A stretch of 64,000 bases of DNA from Gammaproteobacteria bacterium (lineage in GTDB: Bacteria; Pseudomonadota; Gammaproteobacteria; Eutrophobiales; Eutrophobiaceae), in the NCBI GenBank assembly GCA_965220815.1, contig OZ244846.1, forward strand, positions 4,145,045-4,209,044. The letters are read 5' to 3'. Positions 59,831-64,000 of this stretch are shown piece by piece. A program made the translations under genes and the position numbers. Position 1 is the stretch's first letter. Each line of letters starts with the position of its first letter. A model generated the notes under the pieces. It did not search any database. It had not been told where the DNA came from and saw nothing but the letters and a program-made list of their open reading frames with translations.

Positions 59831-59877
59831 GTATCAGAGTAAACATTCTTCGAATTTCTTTCTCTGACCCCGGAATT
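59831..59877. repeat. degenerate REP-like element (short variant) abutting the IS110 copy
   Basis: GTATCAGAGTAAACATTCTTCGAATTTCTTTCTCTGACCCCGGAATT. Homologous to 33409-33458 and 39993-40034, with the left arm eroded. Confidence 0.5.
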
Positions 59878-59965
59878 GAGAGCGCCTGAATTCCCGCATT
59901 GCCCGCGGCACTTTTTTTATGGATAATGGTCAAAGGCTTACCCGGCAGAATTGAGCAGGCATCCA

Positions 59966-60472
59966 GTGTCAAGATTAACCGTATTACATTTTCCCGACCC
60001 CCGATTGCGCAAAAAGGCGCGTCCCGTTGCCGCCGTGGACGCGCAGGTCAGGCAGCTCGCCCGGGACATGCTGGAAACCATGTACGCGGAAAACGGCATC
60101 GGCCTGGCCGCCACCCAGGTGGACGTGCAGCAGCGGATCGTCGTCATGGACCTCTCGGCGGAGAGAAACGATCCGGTGACCCTGGTGAACCCGGAAATTA
60201 TGGAAAAATCCGGAACTGAGGAAATGGAGGAAGGCTGCCTTTCGGTGCCCGGATTTACCGACCTGGTGCAGCGGGCGGAAAAAATCTCCTACCGCTACCT
60301 CAACCTGGACGGTGAGGAAATCGAAGCGGAAGCAGGCGGGCTGCGCGCAGTCTGCATACAGCACGAAATCGATCATCTTGACGGAAAACTGTTCATCGAT
60401 TACCTGTCCCCGATTAAACGGCGGCGCGTGCGCAAGAAGATAGAGAAGCAGAACAAGATCCGCGCCTTGTGA
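59966..60472 (+). CDS. def: peptide deformylase
   Basis: GIGLAATQVDV, EGCLSVPG and QHEIDHLDG metal-binding motifs. GTG at 59966 gives (M)SRLTVLHFPDPRL, colinear with E. coli Def. ORF-track TTG start at 59951. Confidence 0.85.
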   Translation: MSRLTVLHFPDPRLRKKARPVAAVDAQVRQLARDMLETMYAENGIGLAATQVDVQQRIVVMDLSAERNDPVTLVNPEIMEKSGTEEMEEGCLSVPGFTDLVQRAEKISYRYLNLDGEEIEAEAGGLRAVCIQHEIDHLDGKLFIDYLSPIKRRRVRKKIEKQNKIRAL

Positions 60473-61395
60473 ACCTCTCCTTTGCCGGCACGCCTGATAT
60501 CGCGGCAGTCATTCTGGGCGCGCTGATCGATACCCCGCAGCACCGAATCCGGCATGTTTACACCCAACCCGACCGGCGGGCGGGGCGCGGCAGGAAGACC
60601 CGTCCGAGTCCGGTCAAGCAGCTCGCTCAACAGTTCGCAATTCCCGTCAAACAGCCCGCGACCCCGGCTGAACTCGCGCAGGACACCGACCTGGCCGGCC
60701 TCGATGCGCTGATCGTCGCCGCCTACGGTCTGATTATTCCTGCATCGGTCCTGTCAGGACCCCGCTACGGTTGCATCAACGTCCACACCTCGTTACTGCC
60801 CAGGTGGCGCGGCGCGGCCCCTATCCAGCGGGCAATCCAGGCGGGAGACAGGGAGACCGGTGTTTCAATCATGCTCATGGACAGCGGCATCGATACCGGG
60901 AAGATCCTGTTGCAGAAATCCTGCGGCATTCGCGACGACGATACCTCCCTGTCCCTGTCCGGGCGGCTGGCAGCGCTGGGAAGTGAATCCCTGCTCGAGG
61001 CCCTGGCCGCAACGGCAGACGCTTCCATCGACCTGACCGACCAGGACGACAGGCTCGCCACCTATGCGCACAAGGTGAGCAAGCAGGAGGCGGAAATCGA
61101 CTGGAATGCGGGGGCGGAACAGATCGGGAGGACCATCCGCGCGTTCAACCCGGCGCCGGTCGCGTTTACTAGTCTGGACAACGTGAAAATTCGCGTATGG
61201 GAAGCCATTACCCTGGATACCGGAGTGCAAAACGGCAAACCCGGCGAGATCATTGCCTACGGCCCCGAAGGACTGGACGTCACGACCGGAAGCGGAACCT
61301 TGCGCATTCTCACCCTGCAACTGGAAGGGAAGAAAAAACAGGGCATCAGGGAGATCCATAACGGCTATCCCCGCCTTTTCGTTCCGGAAAAATGA
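60469..61395 (+). CDS. fmt: methionyl-tRNA formyltransferase
   Basis: FAGTPDIAAV N-terminus, HTSLLPRWRGAAPIQ formyltransferase motif, C-terminal OB domain. GTG overlapping the def stop. Confidence 0.9.
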   Translation: MNLSFAGTPDIAAVILGALIDTPQHRIRHVYTQPDRRAGRGRKTRPSPVKQLAQQFAIPVKQPATPAELAQDTDLAGLDALIVAAYGLIIPASVLSGPRYGCINVHTSLLPRWRGAAPIQRAIQAGDRETGVSIMLMDSGIDTGKILLQKSCGIRDDDTSLSLSGRLAALGSESLLEALAATADASIDLTDQDDRLATYAHKVSKQEAEIDWNAGAEQIGRTIRAFNPAPVAFTSLDNVKIRVWEAITLDTGVQNGKPGEIIAYGPEGLDVTTGSGTLRILTLQLEGKKKQGIREIHNGYPRLFVPEK

Positions 61396-62693
61396 ACCTC
61401 CGCGCGCTTGCCGCAAAGGCCGTCCGGCGGGTTGCCGATACCGGACTGACTCTGGACGCGGCGCTGGCAGAGTGCCTGCCTGTTATCGAACGCCGGGACG
61501 ATCGCGGGTTCGTCAAGGAACTTTGCTTCGGGACCCTGCGCTGGTTCGATCAACTGGAATTCCTTCTGGAACGGTACCTGGACAAACCCCTGAAAGCGCG
61601 GGACAGCGATATCAGGATGCTTATCCTGGTCGGTCTCTACCAACTGCACCGCCTGGACACGCCCGCCCATGCAGCGATCTCGGAAACGGTAAATGCAGCG
61701 GTTGAACTTGGCAAGGAATGGGCAAAACCCCTCATCAACGCGGTGCTGAGGCGCTCGCAACGTGAATACCCGCGGCTCGAAACGGAACTTGGCCTGTACC
61801 CCGCTGCGTACTATTCCCATCCGGGATGGCTGTCGGACAGTATCAAACAGGACTGGCCCGACCTGTGGGAAGCCATTTTACAGGCGAATAATCAACGGCC
61901 GCCGCAACACCTGCGGGTAAACGTATTGCGCAGTTCCAGAGAAAATTACCTGGAGGATTTGCGGCAGGCCGGGATCCGGGCGCAATCATGTGACGCGGCG
62001 CCCTGCGCGGTTCAGGTGCTGGATCCGGTTGACGTCAACCGGTTACCCGGTTTCGATGGCGGCCAGGTATCGGTACAGGATGCCGGCGCCCAGCTTGCGG
62101 CAATCCTGCTGGACCCGCAACCGGGAGACAGGGTCCTTGACGCTTGTGCAGCGCCCGGCGGGAAAACCGCTCATATCTGCGAACTGCAACCGGCCATTGC
62201 CGAAATAACGGCCCTGGATGTCGATGAGAAACGCCTGACGCTGCTACACGACACCCTGAACAGGCTGAAGCTGGAGGCAACCGTAACCAGGGCGGATGCG
62301 GCCAGCCCGGACACCTGGTGGGACGGCCGCCTGTATGACCGCATCCTGGTGGATGCGCCGTGCAGCGCTACCGGGGTCATCCGCCGCCATCCGGATATCA
62401 AACGCCTGAAAACACCGGGACAGTTCCCAGCGTTGCAGCGTAGCCAGACAGGACTGCTGGCAGCCCTGTGGCCGTTACTGAGACCGGGCGGCAGACTGGT
62501 CTATTCAACCTGTTCCATGTTGCATGGGGAAAACGACCGGGTAGTCGAAACATTCCTTGAAAACCATCCTTCGGCAACCCCGGAAACGATCCGGTCACGA
62601 TGGGGAACCGCTGCTGCCTATGGCCGTCAACTGCTGCCTTGCCTGGATAATACAGACGGGTTTTACTACGCGATGCTGACCAAGACAGGTTGA
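61392..62693 (+). CDS. rsmB: 16S rRNA (cytosine967-C5)-methyltransferase RsmB
   Basis: NusB-like N-terminus. SAM motif LDACAAPGGKT. Catalytic PCSATG and TCS cysteine motifs. Confidence 0.9.
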   Translation: MNLRALAAKAVRRVADTGLTLDAALAECLPVIERRDDRGFVKELCFGTLRWFDQLEFLLERYLDKPLKARDSDIRMLILVGLYQLHRLDTPAHAAISETVNAAVELGKEWAKPLINAVLRRSQREYPRLETELGLYPAAYYSHPGWLSDSIKQDWPDLWEAILQANNQRPPQHLRVNVLRSSRENYLEDLRQAGIRAQSCDAAPCAVQVLDPVDVNRLPGFDGGQVSVQDAGAQLAAILLDPQPGDRVLDACAAPGGKTAHICELQPAIAEITALDVDEKRLTLLHDTLNRLKLEATVTRADAASPDTWWDGRLYDRILVDAPCSATGVIRRHPDIKRLKTPGQFPALQRSQTGLLAALWPLLRPGGRLVYSTCSMLHGENDRVVETFLENHPSATPETIRSRWGTAAAYGRQLLPCLDNTDGFYYAMLTKTG

Positions 62694-62708
62694 CAGGCAT
62701 GTCATACA

Positions 62709-63638
62709 ATGTCCAACTGTTTGAATTCATTTAACCAGTATTCGGGATACCAGTGGGAAAGATATTATTTTGTTGATCAGCATCAAATGACAGGATGTAA
62801 AATTGCAGCTTCCTTCGGGGAACAGCAAGTAAGACCAGTAGCGAGCATGACGAAAAAAAACAGACATTTAGCCCAGTTCGGATTCAGCTTCAAACGCGCC
62901 GGCGCTCATAGTGCCCGCACAATGATGCTTGAGGAACTAATCGCCTTATTGGCCTATGTCAAACATCCTGAAGCTGGTAAAAAAGACTACCTCCGAGCCA
63001 TTGATGATGAAAATTGTTTAGGCAAACGCTCCGGCAAAACCCGCAGTCTCACGTATCGACACCTGGTTGATCTTTACTCACTCGATCGCGCTAATGTCAT
63101 TTTCAGGGCTCTACTCTATTTTTGGAATCGTGACATAGATGGCCGACCCTTACTGGCGCTACTCTGCACATACGCTCGGGACCCTATTTTCCACTCGACG
63201 GCAACATTCATTCTAAAGTATCCAGAAGGCACAACGATTACCCGTGAGTCTCTCGAGGAGTTTATCGACAGCCAGGAGCCCGGTCGATTCAGCAAGGCGA
63301 CACTGACATCGACTGCTCAGAACATCAATTCGACCTGGACCAAATCCGGCCACCTCCTTGGCCGCGCCAGAAAGGTACGCACCCGAGCCAATCCAACCGC
63401 CGGGAGTGTTTCCTACGCTTTGCTCCTCGGCTATCTCACAGGCGCGCGCGGACAGGCGCTTTTTCAATCAGAATATATCAAGTTGCTTGACCGAACCTTT
63501 GATAAGACCATTGAACTTGCCGAAGAGGCCTCTCGAAAAGGATGGATCGTATTCAAGCGTGTGAGTGATGTCATTGAGGTTCTGTTCCCGAACCTGATCA
63601 ATCAAGAAGAAATGGAGTGGCTCCGTGAGCAGAATTAA
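62709..63638 (+). CDS. hypothetical protein, first gene of a post-rsmB island (start codon uncertain)
   Basis: 309-aa ORF with no recognisable catalytic motif. Internal alternative start at 62847 (MTKKNRH…). Ends with ATTAA overlapping the next gene. Confidence 0.45.
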   Translation: MSNCLNSFNQYSGYQWERYYFVDQHQMTGCKIAASFGEQQVRPVASMTKKNRHLAQFGFSFKRAGAHSARTMMLEELIALLAYVKHPEAGKKDYLRAIDDENCLGKRSGKTRSLTYRHLVDLYSLDRANVIFRALLYFWNRDIDGRPLLALLCTYARDPIFHSTATFILKYPEGTTITRESLEEFIDSQEPGRFSKATLTSTAQNINSTWTKSGHLLGRARKVRTRANPTAGSVSYALLLGYLTGARGQALFQSEYIKLLDRTFDKTIELAEEASRKGWIVFKRVSDVIEVLFPNLINQEEMEWLREQN

Positions 63639-64000
63639 ACGGCTTATTCATTCCTACAGTAAATATATCTCCATCCCGTGGCGCGATGATGCCGCTGCTG
63701 CACAGCGCGTGATATTCTGTGTTTACAACGAAAATGAAGAACGCTCATTGCGGGCCAAAGTCGGCGAATTTGAAATTGTCACGCGCCAGGCAGACCACGA
63801 ATGGGCCATGTTCGACCTGACGGACACCTTTGCCAACTGGCTCGCCTCACAACGGTACGCCAGGAGTTACTTCCAGGAGCCACATTTGCTCTCCACGTTG
63901 CTACCGAAGTACCTTGCTTTCATCGCCGATGAGTTCGAGAACTTCCTTCAAGAGAACGACACCGGAGCGAATTCCGTTGTGGCAATTCAAGGTGTCGGGT
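63625..64000 (+). CDS. hypothetical protein, second gene of the post-rsmB island (5' partial view; continues beyond the window)
   Basis: GTG 63625 preceded by GGAG at 63614-63617. Open to the window edge: (M)SRIKRLIHSYSKYISIPWRDDAAAAQRVIFCVYNENEE… Not in the ORF track because no stop falls inside the window. Confidence 0.45.
   Translation, partial: MSRIKRLIHSYSKYISIPWRDDAAAAQRVIFCVYNENEERSLRAKVGEFEIVTRQADHEWAMFDLTDTFANWLASQRYARSYFQEPHLLSTLLPKYLAFIADEFENFLQENDTGANSVVAIQGVG

Noticed and set aside
28182-59877. Possibility that the GGGGTCAGAGTAAAA repeats form a CRISPR array
   Set aside because: The copies occur as inverted pairs with variable, partly homologous spacers. They are scattered over 30 kb in separate intergenic gaps and are not regularly spaced direct repeats.
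62691-62711. TTGACA … TACAAT promoter-like hexamers right after rsmB
   Set aside because: Spacer between the hexamers is only ~9 bp, incompatible with a sigma-70 promoter, and the downstream ATG would sit inside it.

Overview
This 64 kb window reads as a gammaproteobacterial-type chromosomal segment with a moderate-GC backbone (roughly mid-50s % G+C by eye). No rRNA, tRNA or CRISPR array was seen.

Housekeeping block: tsaC-purE-topA-dprA on the minus strand faces def-fmt-rsmB on the plus strand. The local gene order resembles the E. coli dprA/def-fmt-rsmB neighbourhood.

Accessory and catabolic clusters: four TonB-dependent receptors; an NCS1 permease / MOSC-FNR-ferredoxin / DUF917 / hydantoinase cluster; an HPPD + MarR + opine-dehydrogenase + 3-hydroxyacyl-CoA dehydrogenase + thiolase + DUF35 cluster; an AraC-controlled M14-like / dehydratase / acyl-CoA ligase operon next to a Tat-exported FAD oxidase; and a periplasmic nucleoside hydrolase.

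Mobile elements: five IS elements from four families, all visibly GC-rich relative to the host.
- IS1634 between ipdC-like and the permease.
- An IS110 copy upstream of a MalT-like regulator.
- An IS1182-type element that splits that regulator at a CTAG, with a 4 bp duplication.
- An ISAs1 element with a 10 bp duplication and a second IS110 copy, both in the dprA-def intergenic region.

Repeats: an abundant REP-like palindromic family (core GGGGTCAGAGTAAAA / TTTTACTCTGACCCC, three structural variants) sits in many intergenic gaps.

Selfish/defence-like modules:
- A YefM-YoeB toxin-antitoxin pair with a recognisable operator.
- A solo AAA_21-type ATPase in an AT-rich islet.
- An overlapping RHH-domain protein + minimal nucleotidyltransferase pair.
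- Two overlapping genes of unknown function immediately after rsmB, where trkA is normally expected. The second runs off the window edge.

The last two loci are the best candidates for an undescribed system.
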